A stretch of DNA of 64,000 nucleotides from an uncultured Chroococcidiopsis sp. (GTDB lineage: Bacteria; Cyanobacteriota; Cyanobacteriia; Cyanobacteriales; Chroococcidiopsidaceae). The notes below the pieces were generated by a model. The model was not told the DNA's origin. It did not search any database and was given only the letters and a program-made list of their open reading frames with translations. Shown one piece after another: positions 19,263 to 29,122 of this stretch (position 1 is its first letter; the number at the start of each line of letters is the position of its first letter). The translations under genes and the position numbers were made by a program. The stretch lies in NCBI GenBank assembly GCA_964248365.1, contig CAXTYC010000004.1:32001-96000 (forward strand), read 5' to 3'.

Positions 19263-20696
19263 TTAATTCCTCATCTTCTTTGCTCCCCCAGCTTCCCCAG
19301 CTCCCTCAGCTCCTTTACGCAGCCAGTCTTTACCTAGCACAATTGTGACATCAGAATTGAGGTTTCCAGTGCTTTCAACTCGGACTTCGCCGAGATTTAG
19401 AATGTTGTGGATCGACTCGGCACTATTAGTATCACCTTGCTGGGCGACTATGTGAGTAACATCTAAGGGTTCAGACCAAGATTTAGAGATATAAGCATTG
19501 CGATAGCCTGCTTGTTGGAGGTTTTTAAGTAGCGATTGCACAGCCCCGTCGTCGCCTGTACTGTTAGCGATCGCTACTCTGATATTAGCCCGATCTGTTG
19601 CTGTTGATCCCCCTGGTGTAGAAACATCAAAGTATTGAGCCACCATAGTAGCAATGCGATCTTTGTCTGGCAACCAATAGCTAGTTTTATACTGCCTTGC
19701 TTCACTAAAGTGACCTGGTAGCATTAACATTTGCACGTTAGAGCGATTTGTTTGCACTCCAAAACTGGCTAGTGCCATTAACTCCTCCATCGACAAGTTA
19801 GTATCGATGTGGGATTGAATGACTGAAAGAATCTGAGGTGCGCGTGCTAAAGTAGCTGGGGAAAGCGTTTGTTCCATTAATGCCCGCATCAACATTTGCT
19901 GTCGCTGAATCCGCCCAATATCTCCATATGTATCGTGGCGAAAACGCAGTAATTGTAATACTTTGTCGCCGTCGAGATGTTGCTTTCCTGCTTTCAAATT
20001 GATGTATAGATGCTGGCTATCATCTTGATACTTCATGTCTTTGGGGACATAGACAGTCACACCACCTAAAGCATCAACTAGTTGTTGTACACCTTGGACA
20101 TTAATACGGATATAGCGATCGATTGCTACCCCATTTAAAAGTTCACTTGTAGTTTTAGCACTTAGCGGCGCACCTCCAACGGCATTAGCCTCATTAATTT
20201 TAGTAACACCACGTCCTTCAACAAAAGTGCGGGTATCTCTAGGAATTGACAGTGCAGTTAACTTCTTAGTTGTGGGATCAAACCGCAACAAAAGCATAGT
20301 GTCTGTAAGCCCCTCAAAGGAGTTTACCAACGCTTGGTATCTCAGATTTTTGTCTTCTGGGGGAGGATTACTAATGTCTGTAGTGAGAACTTTTGCTCCC
20401 AACACTAATATATTTACTGGACGAGTTAACTGTGTCATTCGCAAACCAGTCTGAGAAAAGCTTGCGCCTTGTCCACCAAAAATCGCTTGTTCCTCTGGAG
20501 AGAGTCGGCTTTGCATGAGCGGCTTAGTGGACAAAGAAACCGCTAAAAGCGCGCCAGCTGATGCTGACACGAGGGCAACGGTGGTAAGTATAAACCCTCT
20601 CCACAGCAAACGTTTAGTTTTGTTTGACAAAGAATGTTTCCTAAAATTTTTAGATGTACTTGTAGGATGGGAATTTTGGGGTGTAATTTTTTGCAC
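19263..20696 (-). CDS. LCP (LytR-CpsA-Psr) family protein with C-terminal LytR_C domain
   Basis: NILVLG, TDTML, SIPRD, RFRHD..GDIGRIQRQQ, DVTIVLGKDW. Confidence 0.93.
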   Translation of the reverse strand: MQKITPQNSHPTSTSKNFRKHSLSNKTKRLLWRGFILTTVALVSASAGALLAVSLSTKPLMQSRLSPEEQAIFGGQGASFSQTGLRMTQLTRPVNILVLGAKVLTTDISNPPPEDKNLRYQALVNSFEGLTDTMLLLRFDPTTKKLTALSIPRDTRTFVEGRGVTKINEANAVGGAPLSAKTTSELLNGVAIDRYIRINVQGVQQLVDALGGVTVYVPKDMKYQDDSQHLYINLKAGKQHLDGDKVLQLLRFRHDTYGDIGRIQRQQMLMRALMEQTLSPATLARAPQILSVIQSHIDTNLSMEELMALASFGVQTNRSNVQMLMLPGHFSEARQYKTSYWLPDKDRIATMVAQYFDVSTPGGSTATDRANIRVAIANSTGDDGAVQSLLKNLQQAGYRNAYISKSWSEPLDVTHIVAQQGDTNSAESIHNILNLGEVRVESTGNLNSDVTIVLGKDWLRKGAEGAGEAGGAKKMRN

Positions 20697-20974
20697 TGAT
20701 ACAACTTCCTCACACTTACACGGGGCAGCAATAAATTACTAAGTTTCTAGCATGAGATTACACAAACGTATACAAGCGCAGCTAGTTTTTTTTTCAAAGA
20801 TGTATTCTTTTTTAATGCTAGCGATTGACGTGTGTGACAGCTTTTACCCAAAAGTATCTGCTGCAAAGTCCTCAAGCTGCGCTCGAGTGCCGTTTACTTG
20901 GCGTTTTAACTAGCCTCTGGATTATTACTGATTTAGATAGAAAAAGAATTTTACTTTCTTTGAGCGCTATTTGG

Positions 20975-21532
20975 TTATGATAAGTGCTTGCCAATTACTC
21001 GTTGAGCCAGAGTAGTAAATCCTGGCAAGCGGACGGACTTACGCATCGCTAGACGAACCATCAACCAAATACTGACTAAAAAGTAACCAGATGTGAGGAA
21101 ACTATTTAGCACCAAAAGGCGCAGCGTCAAAAATTCCGACGTTTCCGCCCCAACATTCAACAACAGATAACCTAATAACCAAGCAAACGCCAAGGTAACA
21201 GACAAGCGACTAACGGCAAGTGAGGGGCTAGTGGAACCAGTGGGCTGGTGGCTAGAAGAAAGCTGAGGAAGCTGAGGAGGCTGAGGAGGCTGAGGGAGAA
21301 GTAATTGTGAATTATGAATTGTTTTGTCTTTCTTGTCTCCCGCTTCCTTTTGCTCCCCCAGCTCCCCCATCTCCCCCATCTCCCCAGTTCCAAGCCCCAA
21401 GCCCCTAGTCCCTCTATAGAGAGTCCACAGGGAAGGGAAGAAGCCCAGAATGGGAATTAGATAGAAAAATAAATATAAGTGCTTGAGGTCTGAATTTTCT
21501 AGGGGTTCGGTACTTTGTTCAATGTTTTTCAT
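20975..21532 (-). CDS. Hypothetical membrane protein with in-frame low-complexity repeat insertion
   Basis: Three hydrophobic segments; STRR-encoded stretch at about 21240-21415. Confidence 0.7.
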   Translation of the reverse strand: MKNIEQSTEPLENSDLKHLYLFFYLIPILGFFPSLWTLYRGTRGLGLGTGEMGEMGELGEQKEAGDKKDKTIHNSQLLLPQPPQPPQLPQLSSSHQPTGSTSPSLAVSRLSVTLAFAWLLGYLLLNVGAETSEFLTLRLLVLNSFLTSGYFLVSIWLMVRLAMRKSVRLPGFTTLAQRVIGKHLS

Positions 21533-21639
21533 AGTTGATTTGCACGAATCCTAAGCTAGGAGGATGAGTTTAGGGTGTGGAGTTAGAGATAATAAGCAGC
21601 AAGGGAAATTTTGAGTTAGGTTGATCCCACACAAGGCAA

Positions 21640-22872
21640 ATGCAAAAACGCATAATCCTCGAATGGTGGCAGACAATGACACCTTTAGCGCGATTTCTAG
21701 CGCTCGCGCTGTTGGCTCCGCTGCTAGTACTAAATGCTTGGGCAATTTCTTCAATTTTTGATTACTTCCGCTCACTGATTGTTATTTTAGTCGCAGCCTC
21801 TCTGCTAGCATTTTTGCTCAATTATCCGGTTAGCTGGATGGAACGACAAGGAGCAAGGCGAGGGCAAGTCGCTGTCCTTGTATTTTTGCTAGCTTTATCA
21901 ATTTTGTTAGCATTGGGTGTAACACTTGTTCCTCTTGTACTTATCCAGGCACAGCAACTAGTTTTGCGTTTGCCAGAGTGGATTGACTCTGGACGCTATC
22001 AGCTAATGTTGTTAAACGAGTGGGCTGACAATCAAGGCTTTCCGCTTAACCTTGATGCCTTGGTGGTACAAATTAACGATCGCTTAAAGGGACAATTACA
22101 GGGGATCGCTCTCCAAGTCTTGAATCTAGCCGTAGTTACAGTTACTAGCCTCCTAGACTTTGCCCTAACGATGATTTTGACATTTTGGCTATTGCAGCAA
22201 GGCGATCGCCTCTGGCAAAGTTTAATCCAATGGCTACCTGCTAAAATCCAAGAGCCTTTTTCCGAAACATTACGCTTGAGCTTTCAAAATTTCTTTATTG
22301 TGCAATTGATTTACGGCACTTGCATGGCTTGTGTCCTGATTCCCACTTTTTTATGGCTCAAAGTGCCGTTTGGTTTGCTTTTTGGCTTGACTATTGGCAT
22401 TATGGCTCTAGTCCCCTTTGGCGGCACTGTAGGCATTGTCCTAACTACTCTGCTGGTAGCACTGCAAAATGTATGGCTAGGCATCAAAGTCTTAATCGTT
22501 TCTGTTGTTGCCCAGCAAGTGCTTGAAAACGTGGTGACACCCCGCATTTTGGGTAATTTTACTGGTTTAAGTCCGATTTGGATACTGATTTCGCTTTTGA
22601 CAGGAGCCAGAATCGGTGGGCTTTTGGGTGTGATTGTCGCAGTACCAACAGCTGTTGTAGTCAAAACAGCCTTGAGTGCCGTGCGTTCTAATCATCCTTC
22701 TGAAAAAGCATTGCCCACTATTGAATTAAGCTCAACTGCCAATCAGCCTACAGGAGAAGTAACCCAACCAGCAAAAGAAGGAACTCATCATGATTCCCCT
22801 CACCCTACAGTCGAGGTGAAGCAAAAAAAATCAGTTGATGACTTTCCCTCAGAAACGTCTTACCCAGCCTGA
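21640..22872 (+). CDS. AI-2E family transporter
   Basis: LAFLLNYPV, VPFGG, QVLENVVTPRILG, GGLLGVIVAVP. Confidence 0.92.
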   Translation: MQKRIILEWWQTMTPLARFLALALLAPLLVLNAWAISSIFDYFRSLIVILVAASLLAFLLNYPVSWMERQGARRGQVAVLVFLLALSILLALGVTLVPLVLIQAQQLVLRLPEWIDSGRYQLMLLNEWADNQGFPLNLDALVVQINDRLKGQLQGIALQVLNLAVVTVTSLLDFALTMILTFWLLQQGDRLWQSLIQWLPAKIQEPFSETLRLSFQNFFIVQLIYGTCMACVLIPTFLWLKVPFGLLFGLTIGIMALVPFGGTVGIVLTTLLVALQNVWLGIKVLIVSVVAQQVLENVVTPRILGNFTGLSPIWILISLLTGARIGGLLGVIVAVPTAVVVKTALSAVRSNHPSEKALPTIELSSTANQPTGEVTQPAKEGTHHDSPHPTVEVKQKKSVDDFPSETSYPA

Positions 22873-23004
22873 ATAATGAATGATAAATTAGGAGTCTCCA
22901 AGCCCCACGTCAGGAGTTCTGGAGTTCTGGAGACAGAAGACAGAATATTTAATTCTTCATCTCCCCCTGCTCCCAAAGCGCGAACCTGCCCCTCTGCCCT
23001 CTTC

Positions 23005-24342
23005 TTACGGATCTACAATTGAACCCATAAACAAAACTGTTCCAGTTTGATTATCTCGAATCGCACAAAAGAAGGGGCGGTTAACAGTCATCTGAAATGG
23101 TTTTGGAGGCATAGCAGATACTAACACTACTCCCACTGAAGTCGCCCCCGCAGCTTCTGTCCCTTCTTCATTGATTTCGACAAAGGTTTTATGCTTGACT
23201 TCACTAATTGCTAAATCGTCAGCAATACCGGAAAAATCGGCTTTAGGATCAAAAGCTACTTCCATTCCTAATAGTTTTAGTGTATCATTTAGTGTTAATT
23301 CATAATCCATTTTGAAACGGGGTAACTGGATCGAGCCTTGCCTATTTCTAAAAGAGTTCATCCATGTTTCCCAATTCTCAGCATTTAGCTCCAGGTAAAA
23401 ATCTGTAAGACTATAGTTTTGCTCAGGTAAAAAAACATATAAACTTAGCTTACCATCATTGCCATAGGGTAGACTAACTGCTTGAAACTTTTCGTTTTCG
23501 TAGTATGTGTATTCTCCCTTTTGGGACATCAATGGATGCTGTTTCTGTTTGCCGGATGTTAGGTAAAACGGCTGTTGAGTTGTTTGATTTTTGTCAAACT
23601 CTTGTATCCATTTACCTTTGAAGTAAATCGCATTGATTAAAAACAGCCCATCATCAGGATTAATTTGCTGTACAATTTGATTAATTTTGCCCCTTGTACT
23701 TTGGCTTACCCAATCATTAATAACGTTGACAGCAGCTGGATCTTTAAAGTCTAGATTTGCGATCTTTGCCAGGTAGAAATCCTGGTTTCGTTGTAAGAAG
23801 TCTGGTTTAAAGTTTACACCTTGCCTTGCCCACACAGAGTTAGCAACAGTTAGCTGCACGTTGTCGTCGCTATTTTGCACTGCTGCGATTAAAGCGGCAT
23901 TAGCGGCATTAATATCTGGTAAACTTATTCCTTGTAACTCCAGAGTTTTAGCCATTGCCTGTCTAGTTTCACCCCTCGCCCCGTTGTAGATCATAGCTAG
24001 AGCGATCGCAAAACTAGTAGGAGAAATAAAAATATTCTCGCTGCTATGGGATTTGAGCATCTCCGAAAACAGCTTGAATCCAAATCGGGTATTAGCACTA
24101 ACTACCTTTGTATCCACTTGGGGCGATGTTAATTGGGCATAGTTAAGTGATTCTTGAGGTGATTCTAGGCGCTGGGAAGGTAAAGCTTGGGCAACAGATG
24201 AATTGATACTATCAAGCTTTGAGCAGCCACCCATCCCTAGAATAATAACGCTAGCTGCTGTACTAACGTAGCGTCTACCCAGGCGAATGGCATAGCGTCT
24301 TAGCCGGAAATTCGCTGTCGTCCTACTATCCTGATAATTCAT
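23005..24342 (-). CDS. Serpin, probable lipoprotein
   Basis: NIFISPTS, NAIYFKGKW, EEGTEAAGAT hinge, NRPF..IRD..TG.VLFMG; GMGGC lipobox-like motif after a hydrophobic stretch. Confidence 0.95.
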   Translation of the reverse strand: MNYQDSRTTANFRLRRYAIRLGRRYVSTAASVIILGMGGCSKLDSINSSVAQALPSQRLESPQESLNYAQLTSPQVDTKVVSANTRFGFKLFSEMLKSHSSENIFISPTSFAIALAMIYNGARGETRQAMAKTLELQGISLPDINAANAALIAAVQNSDDNVQLTVANSVWARQGVNFKPDFLQRNQDFYLAKIANLDFKDPAAVNVINDWVSQSTRGKINQIVQQINPDDGLFLINAIYFKGKWIQEFDKNQTTQQPFYLTSGKQKQHPLMSQKGEYTYYENEKFQAVSLPYGNDGKLSLYVFLPEQNYSLTDFYLELNAENWETWMNSFRNRQGSIQLPRFKMDYELTLNDTLKLLGMEVAFDPKADFSGIADDLAISEVKHKTFVEINEEGTEAAGATSVGVVLVSAMPPKPFQMTVNRPFFCAIRDNQTGTVLFMGSIVDP

Positions 24343-24632
24343 CGTTTCCCTTGATTACCAAACCAGTTTATACCCACCGATAGATTCCAATTCATCAGAT
24401 ATCTATGTGTATGTGTTTCTATCTGTGGTTAGACTTATCAATTCTTTACTATGGCATCTCAGGTATAACAATCTAATGCGGTTACAGTTTTAGCAACAGC
24501 ATTACTAGGGGCTAGGGGCTAGGGGCTAGGGGGAGCAGGGGAGCAGGGGAGTATTTCTGAGTACTTCTCCTTGTCCCCTTGTCCCCTTGTCCCCTTCTGT
24601 TCTTCTAGCCCCTAGCCTCTAGCCTCTAGCCT

Positions 24633-25634
24633 CTAGAATTGCTGCAAAAAGCGAATATCGCTGCTATATAAGCGGCGAATATCGTCAATTTGGTGTAACA
24701 CCATTGCCAATCGTTCTACACCAAAACCCGCAGCAAACCCTGTATAAACTTCAGAGTCATAACCGACTGCTTTGAAGACATTGGGATCGATCATGCCACA
24801 ACCCATAATTTCCAACCAGCGCCCTTTCCATTGCACATCTACCTCAGCTGAGGGTTCAGTGAAGGGGAAATAACTAGCGCGGAAGCGAATTGGCACATCA
24901 CCAAACAATTCCTGCAAAAATAGTTTAATTGTGCCTTTGAGATCAGTAAATGTTAGCCCCTCGTCAACGGCAAAAATTTCAATTTGATGAAAGACGGCTG
25001 CATGAGTCGCATCTACCGTATCGCGGCGATAGCATCGCCCTGGAACTGCAACTCGCACTGGAGGTTCGTTATCCTCCATGTAGCGAATTTGAGTATTTGA
25101 AGTGTGAGTTCGCAGCAGATTTCCGTCAGGGAGATACAGCGTATCCTGCATATCACGAGCGGGGTGATCTGGCAAGAAATTGAGCGCCTCAAAATTGTAA
25201 TAGTCTGTTTCAATTTCAGGTCCAGTCGCCACTGTGTAGCCCAGACCGATGAAGATATCTAATACACGGTCAATAGTACTGTTAAGCGGGTGAGTGCGAC
25301 CCAGGGGGCGATAAACTCCAGGCATTGTCACATCTAGAGTTTCGGTCTCCAGTTTTGCTTGAAGTTTCGCTGCTTGTAGAAGAGTGCGTTGGTGTTCTAA
25401 ATCTGCTTGCAGTGCTTCTTTGACTGTATTAGCGATCGCCCCAATTTTCGGACGTTCTTCTGCCGACATCTGACCCATACTTCGCAGCAGTGCTGACAAC
25501 TGACCCTTCTTACCCAGGTAAAATACTCTGAGTTCCTCTAGGCGTTCTAGGGTATCGGCAGCGGCGATCGTTCGTTGCGCTTCCTGTCGTAGTGCTTCCA
25601 GTTGAGCCGCTAAATTGCTAGGCTGATCGGTCAT
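24633..25634 (-). CDS. pheS: Phenylalanine-tRNA ligase alpha subunit
   Basis: [36 protein letters not shown]. Confidence 0.98.
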   Translation of the reverse strand: MTDQPSNLAAQLEALRQEAQRTIAAADTLERLEELRVFYLGKKGQLSALLRSMGQMSAEERPKIGAIANTVKEALQADLEHQRTLLQAAKLQAKLETETLDVTMPGVYRPLGRTHPLNSTIDRVLDIFIGLGYTVATGPEIETDYYNFEALNFLPDHPARDMQDTLYLPDGNLLRTHTSNTQIRYMEDNEPPVRVAVPGRCYRRDTVDATHAAVFHQIEIFAVDEGLTFTDLKGTIKLFLQELFGDVPIRFRASYFPFTEPSAEVDVQWKGRWLEIMGCGMIDPNVFKAVGYDSEVYTGFAAGFGVERLAMVLHQIDDIRRLYSSDIRFLQQF

Positions 25635-25722
25635 GCTCGTTAGTTGTCAACAGTGATTCTAGAATATCTGGCTGCGTTAAAAAACGCATTCTATCATACC
25701 AGTTTAATTGAAGTGTGAAGGT

Positions 25723-25860
25723 GAAAAGGGAAAAGGGAAAAGGAAATCAGTTACCAGTTACCAGTTACCAGTTACCAGCTCCCCTTTTGCCCCTCTCCCA
25801 CTCTCCCCCTCTCCCTAGTCCCCAGCCTCTAGCCCCTAGCCCCTAGCCCCAGCACCCCTA
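25723..25860. repeat. Mixed STRR tract (AAAAGGG, TTACCAG x4, CTAGCCC)
   Basis: Tandem repeats in the pheS/surE divergent spacer. Confidence 0.85.
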
Positions 25861-25863
25861 GTA

Positions 25864-26661
25864 ATGAAATTACTTATTAGCAACGACGATGGAATTTTTG
25901 CCCCTGGTGTACGCAGCTTAGCCGATGGCTTAGCAGCAGCAGGTCATGATGTTTCTGTGGTTTGTCCAGATCGAGAAAGATCCGCTACTGGACACGGTTT
26001 GACCCTGCATCAACCGATTCGTGCCGAAATTATTGAATCAGTTTTTCACCCTAGCATCAAAGCTTGGGCGTGTTCTGGCACTCCTTCGGATTGCGTTAAG
26101 CTAGCAGTTTGGGCTTTGCTTGAGTGTCCCCCTGATCTTGTGCTTTCTGGAATTAATCAAGGGGCAAATTTGGGTACTGATATTTTGTATTCTGGAACCG
26201 TGTCAGCAGCAATGGAAGGCGTGATAGAACGCATTCCTAGTATTGCTTTGAGCTTGACTAGTTTTACTTCTAAAGACTTTCAAGCTGGTGTAGCCTTTGC
26301 TCAATGGCTGGTTGCTCAGCTAGCAAATGATCCTCTGCCAGAACTAATGTTACTTAATGTCAATGTACCTGCTGTGAAGTTAGAAGAAATTGCTGGGGTT
26401 GTCCTCACTCGTCAGGGAGTGCGCCGCTACGTCGATGTGTTTGAAAAACGAGTCGATCCGCGCGGTAAAACTTATTATTGGTTAGCAGGAGAGTTACTAG
26501 AGGATGTTGAACCAGAGCAAGGGTTACATTTACCTCAAGACATCCCTACCGATGTAGAAGCAATTCGCCACAATTACATTACCGTAACACCGTTGCAATA
26601 TAACCTAACTTATGCATCTGGGCTGAATCAATTAGGCAAATGGAAATTTAATTTTCCTTAA
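25864..26661 (+). CDS. surE: 5'/3'-nucleotidase SurE
   Basis: [38 protein letters not shown]. Confidence 0.97.
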   Translation: MKLLISNDDGIFAPGVRSLADGLAAAGHDVSVVCPDRERSATGHGLTLHQPIRAEIIESVFHPSIKAWACSGTPSDCVKLAVWALLECPPDLVLSGINQGANLGTDILYSGTVSAAMEGVIERIPSIALSLTSFTSKDFQAGVAFAQWLVAQLANDPLPELMLLNVNVPAVKLEEIAGVVLTRQGVRRYVDVFEKRVDPRGKTYYWLAGELLEDVEPEQGLHLPQDIPTDVEAIRHNYITVTPLQYNLTYASGLNQLGKWKFNFP

Positions 26662-26766
26662 AAAAGCGGTGACTCGTGACTCGTGAGGGCGTGAGTGGGA
26701 GAATTGTTAATTTATACTTTTTGCATTCATCCTTTGTCCCTTTTCCCGCAATCCCATTTCCCAAAA

Positions 26767-26818
26767 CTGGTAACTGGTAACTGGTAACTGGTAACTGGTA
26801 ACTGGTAACTGGTAACTG
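26767..26818. repeat. STRR (CTGGTAA)7
   Basis: Seven perfect tandem heptamers. Confidence 0.95.
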
Positions 26819-26870
26819 ATTTCCTTTTCCCTTTTCCCTTTTTTCCGATCTATGTGTCAAAATGTAAAGC

Positions 26871-28043
26871 GTGAGGGTTACTTACTCTACTGCTAAGGCT
26901 TTAATTCCAACCGCTGTTGCCCTGGGAAATTTTGACGGTCTGCATCGTGGGCATCAGCGGGTAATTCAGCCTGTTTTGAAAACGAGGCAAGTTGCCCCAG
27001 ATAAGTTGCCCCAGGTGGGAGAACTTCCTAACTGGGAAGAACACGTCCAGGCTACAGTTGTCACCTTTAATCCCCACCCGCAGGAGTTTTTTTCTGGGCA
27101 ACCCCGTGCTTTGTTGACACCTTTGGAAGAGAAAGCACAGCAGCTATCGTGTTGGGGTATAGAACAGTTGGTATTATTGCCCTTTGACCGAGAATTGGCT
27201 GCTTTAAGTCCACAAGATTTTGTGGAAAAGATTTTGGTGCAACAGTTGCATACTCAAATGATTAGTGTGGGAGAAGATTTTTGCTTTGGTAAGGGGCGCA
27301 GTGGAACTGCTACTGATTTACAAGCGATCGCCTCTAACTTCGGCATTCCTGTCACCATTGTACCAAATTTTACCTGTCTAGGCGATCGCATCAGTAGTTC
27401 TGCTATTCGCCATGCTTTGACCGAGGGCAATTTGCAACGCGCTAAACAACTGTTAGACCGTCCTTATATCCTCACGGGAATCGTTGTTAAAGGACAGCAA
27501 CTGGGTAGAACCATCGGCTTTCCCACAGCCAACATCCAGCTACCACCTGACAAGTTTATCCCTCGCCAAGGTGTCTACGCTGTAAGAGTATTTATTGAAG
27601 GTGAAAGGCAGAGGAGCAGGGGAGCAGAGGGGCAGGGGAGCAGAGGGGCAGGGGAGCAGAGGGGCAGGGGAGAGATTATAATCCAAAATCCGATCCCCCC
27701 TGCCCCCCTTAAAAAGGGGGAATCTAAAATCCAAAATTCTTCTAGCCTCCAGCCTCTAGCCTCTAGCCCCTCCTCTTCTAGCCTCCAGCCCCTGGGCATT
27801 GGTGTAATGAATATTGGCATTCGTCCTACAGTTAATGGTAACAGTCAATCTGTAGAAATACATTTGTTGAACTGGTCGGGCCATTTATATGGAAAAACCT
27901 TAACAGTAGAATTAGAAGAATTTTTGCGACCAGAACAAAAATTCGCTTCTTTAGAAGAACTGAAAGCACAAATTAATACCGATTGTGCTAAAGCTAAATC
28001 GCTGCTGGGGGAACAGTCGGGCGATTATCAGCAAGTGATTTGA
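26871..28043 (+). CDS. ribF: Bifunctional riboflavin kinase/FAD synthetase with repeat-derived insertion
   Basis: GNFDGLHRGHQ, GEDFCFG, ISSSAIR, GRTIGFPTAN, NIGIRPTV, LRPEQKF. Confidence 0.96.
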   Translation: MRVTYSTAKALIPTAVALGNFDGLHRGHQRVIQPVLKTRQVAPDKLPQVGELPNWEEHVQATVVTFNPHPQEFFSGQPRALLTPLEEKAQQLSCWGIEQLVLLPFDRELAALSPQDFVEKILVQQLHTQMISVGEDFCFGKGRSGTATDLQAIASNFGIPVTIVPNFTCLGDRISSSAIRHALTEGNLQRAKQLLDRPYILTGIVVKGQQLGRTIGFPTANIQLPPDKFIPRQGVYAVRVFIEGERQRSRGAEGQGSRGAGEQRGRGEIIIQNPIPPAPLKKGESKIQNSSSLQPLASSPSSSSLQPLGIGVMNIGIRPTVNGNSQSVEIHLLNWSGHLYGKTLTVELEEFLRPEQKFASLEELKAQINTDCAKAKSLLGEQSGDYQQVI

Positions 28044-28263
28044 TCTTGTATATCATAGAGGGTTAAAGGCGATCGCGCTCGATTTTAGCCAGGATTTCCG
28101 CGTATTGACGCATTGCACTTCGTTATAGTACACAAAGCTTGTTTGTATTAAATATTACTAAGCTTTTTTTCATAAACTCATCCTCTGGGGGGGTATTAAG
28201 TGAGTTGGGTTGAGTTAAGTTTTACTGAATAAAGTGATCTTTTTGCAGATATGAGGTAATAAG

Positions 28264-29037
28264 ATGGACGGAACAACAAAGCTTTGGCTTTGGATCGGCT
28301 GTATTGGCATGACTATAGGGGCAGTAATATTTGGTTCAAAAGCAGCGTCAATGCGGAAGAAAGAAGGGATGGAGTTTCCCCTAGAAAGCTTCTTCATCAC
28401 CCTTGTAGCGGCAACAATGTACCTAACAATGGCGCTTGGCGAAACGGTAACACCAGTGAAGGGACAAGAAGTTTTCTGGGGACGTTATATAGACTGGTCT
28501 ATTACTACTCCCCTACTTTTGCTCGAACTTGGTGTAATAGCTGGGTTACGCCCGAAATTGATTATAGGCGTAATAGGGGCAGATCTCTTCATGATCTTGA
28601 CTGGTATGATAGCCGCCTTTGAATCACGACCTAATAACTACATTTGGTACATAATTAGCTGTGGTGCTTTCCTAGCTATCCTCGTATCACTGCTGAGTGA
28701 GTTTACCGCCAGTGCAGCTAGACGAAACCATAAGGTAAACAATTTATTCAATACGCTACGAAATGTATTGATAGTTTTATGGTTTTGTTACCCGATTGTT
28801 TGGATATTCGGGGCTGAAGGGTTTAAATATATTCCTACTGGTACTGAGACAGCACTGTATGCAATTCTAGATCTGTGTGCCAAAGTTGGCTTTGGTTTCA
28901 TTGTCAATTCGGCTCACTCTGACACTCTAGCAGAAGCCAGTAACACCCACAGCTTCATGGAAGCGGTTCATTCATATATGGGCAAAGGCAGCAGAGAAAG
29001 AGAAAGAGAAATGGAAAGACAAAGAGAATATACCTAA
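28264..29037 (+). CDS. Microbial rhodopsin, DTE motif, cyanorhodopsin-like proton pump
   Basis: 7 TM; helix C RYIDWSITTPLLLLE; LWFCYPIVW; helix G LDLCAKVGFG with retinal Lys. Confidence 0.95.
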   Translation: MDGTTKLWLWIGCIGMTIGAVIFGSKAASMRKKEGMEFPLESFFITLVAATMYLTMALGETVTPVKGQEVFWGRYIDWSITTPLLLLELGVIAGLRPKLIIGVIGADLFMILTGMIAAFESRPNNYIWYIISCGAFLAILVSLLSEFTASAARRNHKVNNLFNTLRNVLIVLWFCYPIVWIFGAEGFKYIPTGTETALYAILDLCAKVGFGFIVNSAHSDTLAEASNTHSFMEAVHSYMGKGSREREREMERQREYT

Positions 29038-29065
29038 TAATAGGTTGTGTAATAGGTGTCAGATG

Positions 29066-29110
29066 CAAAACGCAGCTTTGCGTGTAACGGTAAAAGCTGT
29101 GTTTTGTTTT
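29066..29110 (+). terminator. Possible intrinsic terminator/attenuator after rhodopsin
   Basis: CAAAACGCAGCTTT (29066-79) pairs with AAAGCTGTGTTTTG (29093-106), followed by TTTT. Confidence 0.5.
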
Positions 29111-29122
29111 CGTTGAAATCGG

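Noticed and set aside
26767..26818. CRISPR array, here and at other tandem tracts
   Set aside because: 7-9 bp units without unique spacers; no cas genes; these are STRRs
27601..27795. Intein or intron in ribF
   Set aside because: No Cys/Ser...His-Asn splice motifs or intron core; made of simple repeats
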